From an uncultured delta proteobacterium (GTDB lineage Bacteria > Bdellovibrionota > FAC87 > UBA2466): a stretch of 64,000 bases of DNA. The translations under genes and the position numbers were made by a program. The DNA lies in the NCBI GenBank assembly GCA_963778115.1, contig CAVZSV010000004.1, forward strand, positions 672,001 to 736,000, written 5' to 3'. Numbering within the stretch: position 1 is the stretch's first letter; every line of letters begins with the position of its first letter. Shown here piece after piece: positions 37,325 through 48,485 of this stretch. The notes beneath the pieces were generated by a model. It did not search any database, was not told where the DNA came from, and saw nothing but the letters and a program-made list of their open reading frames with translations.

Positions 37325-40300
37325 CTAGTGCATCGCCGGCACGGCCATCGGCTGATCCTGAGGTGGATTGGCAGACTTCTTATCCAGAGGATCGGGCCGT
37401 TCCAGTTTAGAGAAGAGACTGTAAACACACGGAACGACGAACAACGTTAGAATCGTACTCGCCGTAACTCCCCCAATGATCGAAACCGCCATTGGAATAG
37501 TGGTTTCCGCTCCCGGACCGAAGGAAAGGGCCTCGGGAAGCGCTCCCGCTACGGTGGCCACGGAAGTCATCAAGATTGGACGAAGCCTGACCGGACAAGC
37601 TTTCAACAAAGAGGTAGTTACATCGTGCCCTTCTTCGCGTACCTGATTGGTAAAATCCACCAGAAGAATGGAATTCTTTTTCACAATTCCCATCAGAAGA
37701 ATAAAACCTATGAAGCTGTACATATTAAACGACTGATGGCCCAGATAGAGGCCCAAGAATGCGCCCGAGATGCTAAAAGGAAGCGCCATGAGTACGGTAA
37801 CGGGATGGATGAAACTATTGAACTGAGACGCTAGCACCATGTAAGAGACTAAAATTCCTAACAGCATCGCGACAATCAAACTCTGGAAAGATTCTCGAAA
37901 GCTCTGGGAACTTCCCGTCATCTTAATGGTGTATCCCGGCGGCAACATCGAACGGGCGAGTGACTCGGTATATTTCAAAGCGTCCTGTTGGGAGTGGCCA
38001 GGCGCAGGATTGGCATATACCGTAATGGCACGAGCGCGGTTCAATCGGGACACCAACATCAGACTGGGACGCACTTTCATTTCAACCACATCAGACAAGC
38101 GAACCGTCTCACCGCGATTATTTCTTAGCTTAACTCTATCCAGATCGGGAATTTTATCTCTCTGACCGGCAATCAAACGCAGTTCGATTTCATATCTATG
38201 GCGACCTTTTTGATATTCAGTCAGCCCGGTAAAGATGGCACCACCAAAAAGCGAATTGATCACGTTGGTAACGGTACTTACGGAAACGGCATATTTCGCT
38301 AATTTGTCTCGATTGGGTGTTATTGCGACCTCGGGCATTCCCCCTTGAACGTCGGTATTAACGTCGGTCACAACGCCGCTTTTTTTCATTTCATCCATGA
38401 CCTTATTCGTAAGATCGGTAAGCTTGTCCCAATCTGGTCCTTGAACGATAAATTCGACGGGAAATCCTCGAGAGGCCGCAAATCCACGGAGCGAGAGATC
38501 TTGAACGACGATCTCCATTCCAGGGATCATATGTTTTAACTCTTTCCGATATTTCTTAATGAGATCGCTCTGAGAGACGTTTCGCTTGTTACGATCGACC
38601 AGAGTGACAAAGGTCATCCCCTGATTGACCGCATCCCCGCCAAATCCTCCCACCACCGCGAAAACGCCCGCCACTTCCTTTTGCTTCAGCAAGTAATCCT
38701 CGGTCTGCTTCATTTTTCCATCAGTAATGTTGAGAGAAGTTCCCACGGGGAGCTTATACCGTAACAGCATTTGGGATTGATCTTGGGCCGGCATCATCTC
38801 GAAGGGCAGTAATTTAGCTATGAAGATACTTCCCACAAAAAGTAGCGTCGTAGCTGCCAAAGTGCTCCACCGATATCGCAGCAGCACTTCTAAAGCGACA
38901 CGGTAGCCCACTGATAGCTTGGCAAAAACATTATCCATGAACTTCGCCAGACCCTTGGGCTCATGGTCGACTCTAAGGTAACGCGAACAGCGCATGGGGG
39001 TCAGAGTCAAGGCTTCCAGTAGAGAAAGCAGAACGGCGACGGTCACCGTTATTCCATACTGAAGGAAATAGCGGCCAATCACCCCCTGCATGAAAACCAC
39101 AGGTAGGAAAATCGCAACAATAGCAATGGTCGCCGCAAGAGCCGCGAAGGTGATCTCTTTAGAGCCTTTAAGCGCGGCCTCCATTTTCCCTTCACCCATC
39201 TCGCGATGGCGCACGATATTCTCGAGCATCATGATGGCGTCATCGACAACGATTCCGATAGCAAGACTAAGCCCCAACAACGTGAAGGTGTTTAAAGTGA
39301 AATGAAAAGCGTAAAAAGCGACAAACGCTCCGACGATAGATGTCGGAATCGCCATCAGGATATTGATGGTCGAAGTAAAAGAACCCAGGAAAAGAAAACA
39401 TACGATGGAAGTCAGCAGAGCCGACATCGCCAGAGTAAACAACAGCTGGTTCACCGATTGCTTGATAAATCGAGTATTGTCCGACCGGAGACCGACCTTG
39501 TACGAGGGAGGGATTAAAGGTTCCAGCTCTTTTATCTTTTTGCGAATAGCATCTCCCACCTCGACCGCGTTGGACCCATGCTGTTTAATAATCCCTAGCC
39601 CAACCGCCGGTTTACCATCACTGCGGCAGCGTTTTCGGACGTCCGTTAACCCCTCCTCGATATCTCCAATCTCTCGCATCTGCGTGGGACGAAAATTAGG
39701 ACCTTGATTGGCTCGGCTATAAATATTGATCTTCCCAAACTCTTCGGGGCTGTCCGCTTCTCCCATGACGCGAACAAAATACTCTTTCTTGTCGTTTTGG
39801 ATGGCACCCGCAGGAAACTCGACATGTTCTTTGACAATGGCATTGAGGGCGTCATCAGAAGTTAGATTCAGTTTATCGAGCTTATTTACGTCAGCCCATA
39901 TCCTAAGTGCGGGATCGACGTAACCGCCTAGAACCACATTTCCCACCCCCTCCACGGTACTAAACTGATCGAAAAGGAAATTGCGGGCAAAGATCATAAT
40001 GTCGATAGGTTTTATCTTAGGGTCATCCGTCGTAACGGCAAGCCACATAATGGGAGAATCTTCGGGATTTTGCTTTCTTAACGTGGGAGGAAAAAGATTG
40101 ATCGGCAACAGGTTCTGGACCTGATTTATCTTATTTTGAATCTCCTGCATCGATTCATCGATATTGCGATTGAGCTCGAATTCAACCGCGATATTGCCCG
40201 AACTTTGAGTGGCTGAAGAGGTAATGTTGCGGATGCCGTCAATTTCGCTAATCGCGTCTTCGATAGGATCCAGCACTTGGCTTTCGATCACTTCCGGCGC

Positions 40301-40462
40301 CGCTCCGGTGAGCGTCAAGCTCACACTGACCACGGGAAAATCAACGTCGGGAAGTTGGCTGATACCCAGTCTTCGATAAGAGATGATGCCAAAGACGATG
40401 ATGGCCGCCATCAGCATCCAAGCGAAAACGGGGCGCCGTATGGAAAGTTCAGAGAGGCTCAC
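37325..40462 (-). CDS. RND efflux permease (AcrB/MdtBC-like), intact copy
   Basis: SIRRPV start, PDVDFPVV, AIGIVVDDAIMMLENI, GIVKKNSILLVDF, RLRPILMTS. Confidence 0.95.
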   Translation of the reverse strand: MSLSELSIRRPVFAWMLMAAIIVFGIISYRRLGISQLPDVDFPVVSVSLTLTGAAPEVIESQVLDPIEDAISEIDGIRNITSSATQSSGNIAVEFELNRNIDESMQEIQNKINQVQNLLPINLFPPTLRKQNPEDSPIMWLAVTTDDPKIKPIDIMIFARNFLFDQFSTVEGVGNVVLGGYVDPALRIWADVNKLDKLNLTSDDALNAIVKEHVEFPAGAIQNDKKEYFVRVMGEADSPEEFGKINIYSRANQGPNFRPTQMREIGDIEEGLTDVRKRCRSDGKPAVGLGIIKQHGSNAVEVGDAIRKKIKELEPLIPPSYKVGLRSDNTRFIKQSVNQLLFTLAMSALLTSIVCFLFLGSFTSTINILMAIPTSIVGAFVAFYAFHFTLNTFTLLGLSLAIGIVVDDAIMMLENIVRHREMGEGKMEAALKGSKEITFAALAATIAIVAIFLPVVFMQGVIGRYFLQYGITVTVAVLLSLLEALTLTPMRCSRYLRVDHEPKGLAKFMDNVFAKLSVGYRVALEVLLRYRWSTLAATTLLFVGSIFIAKLLPFEMMPAQDQSQMLLRYKLPVGTSLNITDGKMKQTEDYLLKQKEVAGVFAVVGGFGGDAVNQGMTFVTLVDRNKRNVSQSDLIKKYRKELKHMIPGMEIVVQDLSLRGFAASRGFPVEFIVQGPDWDKLTDLTNKVMDEMKKSGVVTDVNTDVQGGMPEVAITPNRDKLAKYAVSVSTVTNVINSLFGGAIFTGLTEYQKGRHRYEIELRLIAGQRDKIPDLDRVKLRNNRGETVRLSDVVEMKVRPSLMLVSRLNRARAITVYANPAPGHSQQDALKYTESLARSMLPPGYTIKMTGSSQSFRESFQSLIVAMLLGILVSYMVLASQFNSFIHPVTVLMALPFSISGAFLGLYLGHQSFNMYSFIGFILLMGIVKKNSILLVDFTNQVREEGHDVTTSLLKACPVRLRPILMTSVATVAGALPEALSFGPGAETTIPMAVSIIGGVTASTILTLFVVPCVYSLFSKLERPDPLDKKSANPPQDQPMAVPAMH

Positions 40463-43400
40463 TGGTGTGCTCCCATGGCGGCTACCTCTCGTCCAATCTC
40501 TTCGGATTCAGGCCGTTCCAACTTGGTAAAGAGGCTGTACACACACGGGACAACATATAAAGTGAGCAGTGTTGAGACGGTAACCCCACCGATAATAGCC
40601 ACTGCCATCGGGATTCGTGTCTCCGATCCAGGACCGGTATTGACCGCTTCAGGAATCGCACCCACGATGATGGCGACTGACGTCATTAAGATCGGCCGCA
40701 ACCTAACCGGACAGGCCTCCATCAATGCTTTGGTAGGCTCCAGACCTTCGGCTCTTCTTTGATTGGTGAAATCCACCAACAGAATGGAATTCTTCTTCAC
40801 GATTCCCATCAGAAGAATAAGACCAATCATACTAAACAAGCTTAGCGACTGGTGAGTGAAATACAGGGCACACAACGCTCCGGACAGACTAAAGGGGAGC
40901 GCCATGAGTACCGTGATGGGATGGATAAAACTATTAAACTGCGAGGCCAAAACCATGTAGGCAACGGCAATTCCCAAGATGAGAGCAAAAATGAGATTCT
41001 CAAATGCGTCGCGAAACGCTTGAGCACTTCCGGTCACTTTCGCTTGATATCCCGGCGGTAAAACCTGTTTGGCGATTTGCTCCACAGACTCAAGAGCGGC
41101 TTGCTGGGACTTGCCCTCAGCCACATTTGCATAAACGGGGATTGCACGCGATCGATTGAGCCGCGAGACCAATTGAAGTCCTGTGGTCAGCTTAATATCG
41201 GAGGTTTCAGGCAAAGGAACCAACTCGCCGCTCGTTCCTCTGTTATTTCTTAACAAGACCCTATCCAAATCCTCCGGTGTTGCATGTTCGTCATTTTCGG
41301 AACGAACTCTAATGTAGTAACGATGACCGTCTTTGGGATACTGCGTAGCCGCGGTAAAGATTTGCCCTCCCACCAAATACTCCACCTCTTGTCCCATGGT
41401 AGTGACGCTGACCCCACGGTGAGCCGCCTTATCGCGATCGGGGACGACTTGAATTTCGGGCATTCCCGCTTGGTAATCGGTGTTCACGTCTTCGACAAAT
41501 CCAGAAGCATTCATCTTCGAAATCATGACCGAAGAAATTTCTTTTAATTTTTCCCAGTCTGGACCCTCGATAGTAAACTCGATGGGAAAGCCACGAGACG
41601 CGCTAAAGCCCGTCAAGGAGAGATCTTGTCCGAACACTTCCATGGTGGGCATTAGCGCTCTTAAATCCTTTCGAGTGCGATCCATGATTTCGCGCTGCCT
41701 AGCTTTACGATCCTTTTCGTCTTTCAAGACGACGTATATCTCACCCGCATTAACTACATTGTTATCTTGGTAGTTTCCGATGGTGGTATAGAGATCCAAT
41801 ACTTCCGGCTGTTTTCTTAGATAATCCTCGGCCTGTTTGTAGACTTCATTCGTCGCATCAATCGAAGTCCCGACAGGCGTTTTAATCGTCAGCAGAAACA
41901 ACGATTGATCCTGTGCGGGAATTAATTCCTTCCTAAGTAAGCTCAGAAACACCATTGAAGTAGCAAATATTGCTATGGAGACGAAAGTGACTACCCATCG
42001 CCATCTCAATGCGGCCGCCAGGGTGACCCGATATTTATCGGTCAAATAATCCATGAAAGCGTCCATCGTCTTGGAGACAAATCCCGGATTTTCGACCTTC
42101 GCCGAATGCAGAAAACGGGCGCATCGCATCGGGGTAAGCGTCAGCGCTTCGAGCAAGGAGAGAAATACGGCAACGGTTACCGTGATGCCGTATTGGTAAA
42201 AGAATTTACCCACAACACCTTGCATGAAAACCACGGGAATAAAGATAGCGGCGATCGCTAAGAGTAGTCGCCAATGCGGCAAACGTTATCTCTTCGGATC
42301 CGTCCAAAGCTGCTTGCCGTCGGTTTTTTCCCATCTCGTAATGGCGCACGATATTTTCGAGCATCATGATCGCATCGTCCACCACGATTCCGATCGCAAG
42401 ACTTAGGCCCAACAGCGTGAAGGTATTTAAAGTAAAACCGAAGAAATAAAGTGCTATGAATGCTCCCACGATCGAAGTCGGAATCGCAAACAACACGTTA
42501 ATCGTCGACGACCAGGACCCCAAGAAGAGATAGCAGATAATGCTGGTGAGTAGGGCTGAAAGTAGTAGCGTCATATTAAGTTCATCGACGGAGTCTTTGA
42601 TGAACTTCGTCTGATCTAACTTAACGTCGATATGGTAACCGGGCAGAAGAGCCTTTCGGATCTGATCGACCTTTAACCGTACCTGTTTGGCCACTTCTAC
42701 GGCGTTGGATCCATGCTGCTTTACTATCCCTAGACCCACGGCCTCTTTACCGTTGTATCGGGATATCTCGCGGATATCCGATAGCCCCTCTTCGACCCGC
42801 GCAACGTCCGATAAAGGAATCGGGTTATAGTTCGCAGAGCCGCCGCGGGTATTGATGCGAATCTTGGAAAAATCGATCGTATTACTGGCTTCACCCAGAA
42901 CTCGAATATTCGTTTCGTTCTTGGGCGCTTCGATGCGACCTGCCGGCTGCTCGATCTGTTCCGCTTGAATCGCCGCCCAAATATCACTTGAAGTCAGATC
43001 GTACTGCGCCATCTTCTTTTCGTTAAGCCACACGCGCAAATTAGGATCGACGTAACCGGCAAAAGTGATATTTCCCACTCCGGACAAAGTGGAAAGCTGA
43101 TCTTTTAAAGTATTCCGCGAATACATCATGAGTTGGTAAAGCGGAACGCTGTCCTCGGCTGTTACCATTACCCACAGGATGGGTTGGTCCTCGGGGTTGG
43201 TCTTTGAGATAACGGGAGGATAAAGGGTAGTCGGGAGCAAATTAGACGATTGCGTGATTCGATTTTGAACCTCTTGAAGGGCGATATTGACGTCGTGGTT
43301 TAGTTCAAAGTTACAAGTGATATTGGCAATCCCTTGGCTGACACTGGAAGAGACGAAAGAAAGACCTTCGATACCCATCACCGCATCTTCGATGATATCG

Positions 43401-43591
43401 ACCACATCCAGCTCCATCACTTCGGGAGCCGCGCCATCCAGTCGTAAGGCAACGTTAACCACGGGAAAATCGACGTCGGGCATTTCGCTGATGCCCATCC
43501 TCTGGAAGGAGATGCCTCCGAAGATGATCAAACCAAACATTAGCATCCAGGCAAACACCGGTCTCCGAATGGAGATCGCAGAAATACTCAT
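40459..43591 (-). pseudogene. RND efflux permease paralog split by one extra base near 42259-42262 (frameshift or sequencing error)
   Basis: ORFs 42206..43591 and 40459..42282 are the N- and C-terminal parts. Removing one base in act-ctta-gcg restores ALATTLAIAAIFIPV and gives 1043 aa, against 1045 aa for the neighbour. Confidence 0.85.
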
Positions 43592-43648
43592 AAGAAGCCC
43601 CCAGGGAAGAATCTCGCAAGCTAGCTATTACGAGAACCTTCGACTAGT

Positions 43649-45028
43649 TCAGTTTTTTTTCACCGTTTGATCTGCTGGAACATCTCGAAATGCCGCTGCC
43701 GCTTCCAAATTTTCGAGGTCTAGTTGGACGGCGTGCCTCGCCTTGTCAAGACTGCGCTGATCTTCGATGAAGTTCGTAAGCGCCGTCAGTACGTCGAGGT
43801 TGGTCACGAGTCCAAAACGATATTGGCGAGTTTGCTCTTTGTACGTTTTTTCCGCCAGGTCGGTCGCATAATCATAAGCGTCAAACTGGCGCTTATCACC
43901 GACATAATTTTGCCAAAAAGTCTTGATCTGTTCAATAGCGGCACGTTTCGTTTTGCTGACTTGATACTCCGCTTGGTCTCGTTTAGATACGGCTTCGGCC
44001 ACTTGGGCGTTCACCGTCCCGCCTGCAAAGATAGGAATAGTCAGAGCTAGCATCCCGTCCCAATTAACGCCGTTAAGCGCTCCCGTTCTTTCGAAATAAT
44101 AATCGGCCTGTAAACCCAATGTCGGAAAATGTCCGGCACGAGCAATCGGAATACCCTCTTCAGCGGCGTGCAGACGTTGCTTGTCCCCCGCAACGTCGGG
44201 GCGCGCTTCGAGTCTCGCTAAATATTGATCTAGGCTCTTATCGGCGGAGCTGGGACCTTCGGGACGCGCAAGCGGTGTTTCAGCGTCCCACCCCGTGAGA
44301 AACGCAACCACTTCCCGCTGGGCTCGCAAAGTCGCCAGAACCTGCTCTTTTTGGGCGACGAGATTGGCTTTTTGCGATTGCACGGTCAATACGTCCGTGT
44401 ATTGCGAACGGCCAATTTTCTGAAAGTTCTTGGTTTCTTTAATTCTCTCGTCGTAATAACCCAGCTCGCGATCGACATTGTCGACGTCGTGCTCCGAAGT
44501 CACGACGTTAAAATAGGCTTGAGCGACACTAAGATATAGTTGAAGTTCGATATTCTTTTTATCGGCCTGAGAAGCGGATAACAATGTCTTTGTCTGTCGC
44601 AAACCAGCCCATTCTTTGAGCCCCTGAAAAAGGGGTTGGGTCAGTGTTAGTCTCGCTGAACTCGAGGGGTTGGGATAAAGATTATTGTAGTTCGGATTCG
44701 GGTTACTCTGTTGATACTGATATGCACCGATAGCGGAAAGGTTAGGGAGAATGGAACCAATGGCCTGATTGTAATTTTCTTCCGCTTGGCGAATCCCTTC
44801 TAAACTCATATTAACGTCATCGCTATGCTTAAGAGATGCGTTAAAGACTTCGCTTAAACTTTTTCCCTCGTGCGGTTTTCCCGGATCACTTTGAGGAATT
44901 CGTGGATCGCTAGAAGTCACCGGGGATGCAATGGCCGTAGCGCCCAACGCAAATAAACACCCTGCAGCTATTAGAAACGAAGTCGACCGAACCCATTCCA
45001 AGACCGATCTTCTGTATGAGTAATTCAT
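43649..45028 (-). CDS. TolC family outer membrane efflux protein
   Basis: Signal peptide, two OEP repeats (LTQPLFQG and LTIPIFAGG), YRFGLVTNLDVL. Confidence 0.9.
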   Translation of the reverse strand: MNYSYRRSVLEWVRSTSFLIAAGCLFALGATAIASPVTSSDPRIPQSDPGKPHEGKSLSEVFNASLKHSDDVNMSLEGIRQAEENYNQAIGSILPNLSAIGAYQYQQSNPNPNYNNLYPNPSSSARLTLTQPLFQGLKEWAGLRQTKTLLSASQADKKNIELQLYLSVAQAYFNVVTSEHDVDNVDRELGYYDERIKETKNFQKIGRSQYTDVLTVQSQKANLVAQKEQVLATLRAQREVVAFLTGWDAETPLARPEGPSSADKSLDQYLARLEARPDVAGDKQRLHAAEEGIPIARAGHFPTLGLQADYYFERTGALNGVNWDGMLALTIPIFAGGTVNAQVAEAVSKRDQAEYQVSKTKRAAIEQIKTFWQNYVGDKRQFDAYDYATDLAEKTYKEQTRQYRFGLVTNLDVLTALTNFIEDQRSLDKARHAVQLDLENLEAAAAFRDVPADQTVKKN

Positions 45029-45060
45029 TTCTAGGTAATCCCCCTGAATGCAATTTCTTA

Positions 45061-45480
45061 TTAACCCAAGAAATTCTCCAAGACCTGGAGACCGTTCAAC
45101 AACTGTTCACATTCTCTGTCATCTAATTTTTCTAAGGAAGCTTCTAATTTCTTCTGCACCGCACCGGAAATATTCTCAAGGATTGTCCTGCCAGAATCGG
45201 TAAGCGCTAACTTTATCACGCGTCGATCCTGAGCTTGAGGAATCCTTTCGATAAAATGACGTTTCACCAGACCGTCCACAATTTTAGAGACGGCGGGCAT
45301 GCTAATTCCGTGAAGCTCGGCAATGGTACTGGTCATATCCGTGCCGTTCTTAATGTTGGCGAGCACTCGAAACTGGGGGACGCTTAAGTTAGGTCCGGCG
45401 ACAGTCCGCATTTCATGGCGAATTATTCTCATCATTCTGGGTATCAAAGTTACTAACTTTTTCGCTGCCGCCGTTTTCAC
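45061..45480 (-). CDS. MarR family transcriptional regulator
   Basis: LSVPQFRVL, VSKIVDGLVKRHFIER...DRRVIKLALTDSG. Confidence 0.92.
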   Translation of the reverse strand: MKTAAAKKLVTLIPRMMRIIRHEMRTVAGPNLSVPQFRVLANIKNGTDMTSTIAELHGISMPAVSKIVDGLVKRHFIERIPQAQDRRVIKLALTDSGRTILENISGAVQKKLEASLEKLDDRECEQLLNGLQVLENFLG

Positions 45481-45496
45481 AGGGTCACTATAGATC

Positions 45497-45525
45497 AGAA
45501 ATAGATAGCTCCGTTAACTATTTCT
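45497..45525. promoter_or_regulatory. Palindromic operator, probably for MarR autoregulation
   Basis: AGAAATAGATAGC-TCC-GTTAACTATTTCT inverted repeat immediately upstream of the marR start. Confidence 0.6.
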
Positions 45526-46174
45526 TCGGTTATTTGATATACAACTTAACCTTCATAATTAGTCAAGATAAAAGCTGATGAGTTTCAATTAGTTACAATC
45601 TATTACCCGACTGAAGCCGGTACGACTCCCGCCCCTGCCATGCGGAAGATCCCCCACGAATTAAAACATACCAACCGCTTGCAAGCGCCTCGGGATGTCA
45701 TCCTTTCTCATCTTGAATATTTTCCAACCCGAACCGCTCGACTTTCCGAAGAAGAGCTTTATTGCTTTGTTTCTTATTCTCGATTCGCTCCATAGTTTGC
45801 GTACCAAGTCTTCTCTCGGTCTAGCTGATTAGGTACGGCACATAGCCACCGCAAGTTACTGGGGAGGTCACATCTTCCCCTTCATTTAGAAAGCACAATA
45901 TGATCGATTTGAATTTGGTATGTCGAATTACCTCTCTCTCCGTTTTCATACTGGTGCACGCAGCGAGCTTCGTCTCGTCTCCCGACTTCACGATAGGTTC
46001 TGACAGCAATATCTGGAATGGCGGACTATCTTAACTTCTACGGGCTTTGTGGGACTTTTTTCTTTCTTCTTTTCAGGGTCATGGGCCTTTTAAGTAAAAC
46101 CGCCTTCCGCGCGCAAAAGGCACGACTCCGAAGAGAATCTCCCCCACTTATGCTACAATTTGAGATATTACCCC

Positions 46175-46873
46175 ATGGAAATCTACCTCAGACAAGCCCG
46201 CGACTACGCTGCTTTTGGTGAGCTTGCTCCGGCACACGCCCGCATCGATCGTCTCAAAAGTTTTTGGGAGACATTAAAAGAGGTCTTTGGAGAGCGTGAC
46301 TTCAAAACAAGAAGATCGCAACCCACGACCGTTTTGGATTTGGCTTGTGGATTTTGCGAGGAGGCGCGGTTATTAGCTTCTTTTTTTTCGAGCGGAATTG
46401 CCGGAGTTCCTACTGAGCAAGCAAGAGTTATCGGCATCGATCGCGATAAGGAGGCCATCGAGGCGGCCATCGCTTCTAGCAGGGCATTGGATCCCTTCTT
46501 TTATTCCGATCGCTTTTATCTTGCAATGAATGGGACTTTTCTCTGCGGGGATGCCACCGATCTCAAAGCCTATCGCGAAATTCCTCAAGAGGTAGACGTG
46601 ATCTTAGTTCGCCATCAATTCATCGCCAGGGATTCGCAAGGTTTTGAGAAGATGGTAGCGGGAGCCTTACCCAGACTGAAAGCCTCTGGGAGAATGCTTT
46701 TCACCTCTTTTGCCGAGTCCGAGCAGCAAGAGCTCCTCGAAATGCTAAAACGCCTTCCCTGCGAAACCCTCAGCGCGAAGCAAAATCCCCATGCGGTTGA
46801 ACTTAAGGAAAAGTTCAAGGAAGGTTATATCGCTATCGACAAATTTATCTGCTTGATAAAGAAAAGGGGCTAA
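46175..46873 (+). CDS. Class I SAM-dependent methyltransferase
   Basis: VLDLACG motif I, IGID, CGDAT, VDVI, LKASGRML. Confidence 0.8.
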   Translation: MEIYLRQARDYAAFGELAPAHARIDRLKSFWETLKEVFGERDFKTRRSQPTTVLDLACGFCEEARLLASFFSSGIAGVPTEQARVIGIDRDKEAIEAAIASSRALDPFFYSDRFYLAMNGTFLCGDATDLKAYREIPQEVDVILVRHQFIARDSQGFEKMVAGALPRLKASGRMLFTSFAESEQQELLEMLKRLPCETLSAKQNPHAVELKEKFKEGYIAIDKFICLIKKRG

Positions 46874-46923
46874 TTCCCCATCAGGGAACGCCCCACTTTC
46901 TAAGAAAATAAACTCACCTAGGA

Positions 46924-48447
46924 TTACGTCAACAAATAACCAGCGACCGGAGAAAAGATACTGTTTCCCGCTGTTGGATCGGTACCGGTCAATAATTTGA
47001 TCGCACTCGCCGCTCTTAAAAGGGCGGTATTGATCTCACTATTGGGAACGCCTTGAGCAAGAGGATGAGTGTTGGTGGCATTGCTTGTGGTGGATACCAC
47101 CTGCGCCGTCGTATATCCATTGGAGAAGCTAGCCGTCATGGGGTTAGCCATTCCTGGGACATACGCAATACTGACCTCCATGCTGATACCATCGTTATCG
47201 GCCGACGTCGTTCCGATACCGGCTATCGGAGTTCCTACGGTGGTGGTACCCGATTGAACTAAGGGAGCAGTCCAGTTCGCCGAACCGTCCGTCGTGATAT
47301 CGATCCAAAAAGGGACTTTGTTATTCACCAGCGTTTGAATCGTAGGAATAATAAGCGTTTGGAAAACGTTCATTAACTGCTGGTATTCCGACTGTCCGCT
47401 GATCGTATGGACGTCAAAATTACCCGCCGGCGTAAAACGAATAGCTTGAGTCTGGCCATCCAGAACCAGTTTTAACAGCGATGCCATCACAGCCGGTTGT
47501 GAAGTCGGACTCGTGGTGGTAGTCAACCCAAACGGTCCGGTCAAACGCGTATCCGTTAAGGGGGTTGGAAGTGCGGAGGTTCCAGCCGCAAGCGTCGTCT
47601 GATTTGCCTGATAACCATGCATCATAGCAGCCGACAACGCAGTACCACCACCTGCTCCAGAAGCCGAGACGGACGCCAAATTGCGACTACTCATGGAATT
47701 AGCAAGGGTGCCACTAGCGGCCAGCGCTTGCCCCCAGCTATTCATCGAACCCACGGGTCCCAACAGAGCTTGATAAGAGCCAACCGAGTTAATCTGCACG
47801 GGAGTATATCCGGAGATGGCTTCCACATCGAGACCACCGGCTTTAGGAGGGTTGGTCACATACTTAAAGGGATTAGTAGTCACGGCGTTTAGATAAGAAG
47901 ACACCAACTGTCCCGCCAGATAGTATTGACCGACATCGTTATTGTGAGTTGCCGCTAGAGTCGCAAATTGCACTCCCCCTGAAGCGGTATTGGCGGCAGG
48001 AACGCCTGCTGTCGCTAACATACTAGGCAAGTTTGGAATAGTAACTGTCCCTCCAGTACTGGTAGGAATCGTAACACTTCCTCCGCCCGTATTCGCCATA
48101 GGTGCTCCGTACTTGGAAACAATACCGCCGGATGCGCTCAAAAGACTGGGGTCGAAACCGCTTCCGTTACCTGCGGCGTAGGCCGCGGTATATTGGGCTG
48201 CCGTTAAAAGCTGGCCCTTTACGTCAGTGGCTGGGAAATAGGAGATTAAGGAGTCACCTTGAAATAAGTCGAAAGTGATATGGGCCATCGGTGTCGGAGT
48301 GGTGGCGCCATACGCATTAGTGGAAGAGAAACTTCTAAGCACAGAAGGCAAAAAGGCGACTCCCATCGCCGCTTGACTGAACTTAGTTAAAAAGTCCCTT
48401 CGGGTCAGACCATTCTTATCTTCGGGGAGTTTAACTTTCTTACACAT
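46924..48447 (-). CDS. Tat-exported DUF1501-like protein
   Basis: ATG 48447 with RBS ggagg; twin-arginine TRRDFL; HITFDLFQG, NFDVHT and ITTDGS motifs reminiscent of DUF1501-type proteins. Confidence 0.55.
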   Translation of the reverse strand: MCKKVKLPEDKNGLTRRDFLTKFSQAAMGVAFLPSVLRSFSSTNAYGATTPTPMAHITFDLFQGDSLISYFPATDVKGQLLTAAQYTAAYAAGNGSGFDPSLLSASGGIVSKYGAPMANTGGGSVTIPTSTGGTVTIPNLPSMLATAGVPAANTASGGVQFATLAATHNNDVGQYYLAGQLVSSYLNAVTTNPFKYVTNPPKAGGLDVEAISGYTPVQINSVGSYQALLGPVGSMNSWGQALAASGTLANSMSSRNLASVSASGAGGGTALSAAMMHGYQANQTTLAAGTSALPTPLTDTRLTGPFGLTTTTSPTSQPAVMASLLKLVLDGQTQAIRFTPAGNFDVHTISGQSEYQQLMNVFQTLIIPTIQTLVNNKVPFWIDITTDGSANWTAPLVQSGTTTVGTPIAGIGTTSADNDGISMEVSIAYVPGMANPMTASFSNGYTTAQVVSTTSNATNTHPLAQGVPNSEINTALLRAASAIKLLTGTDPTAGNSIFSPVAGYLLT

Positions 48448-48485
48448 GATTCGATCCTCCAATAGACGTACCGTTAAGACAAAAC

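Noticed and set aside
45821..46221. Short ORFs 45821..46009 and 46018..46221
   Set aside because: No recognisable motif or convincing RBS; probably non-coding.
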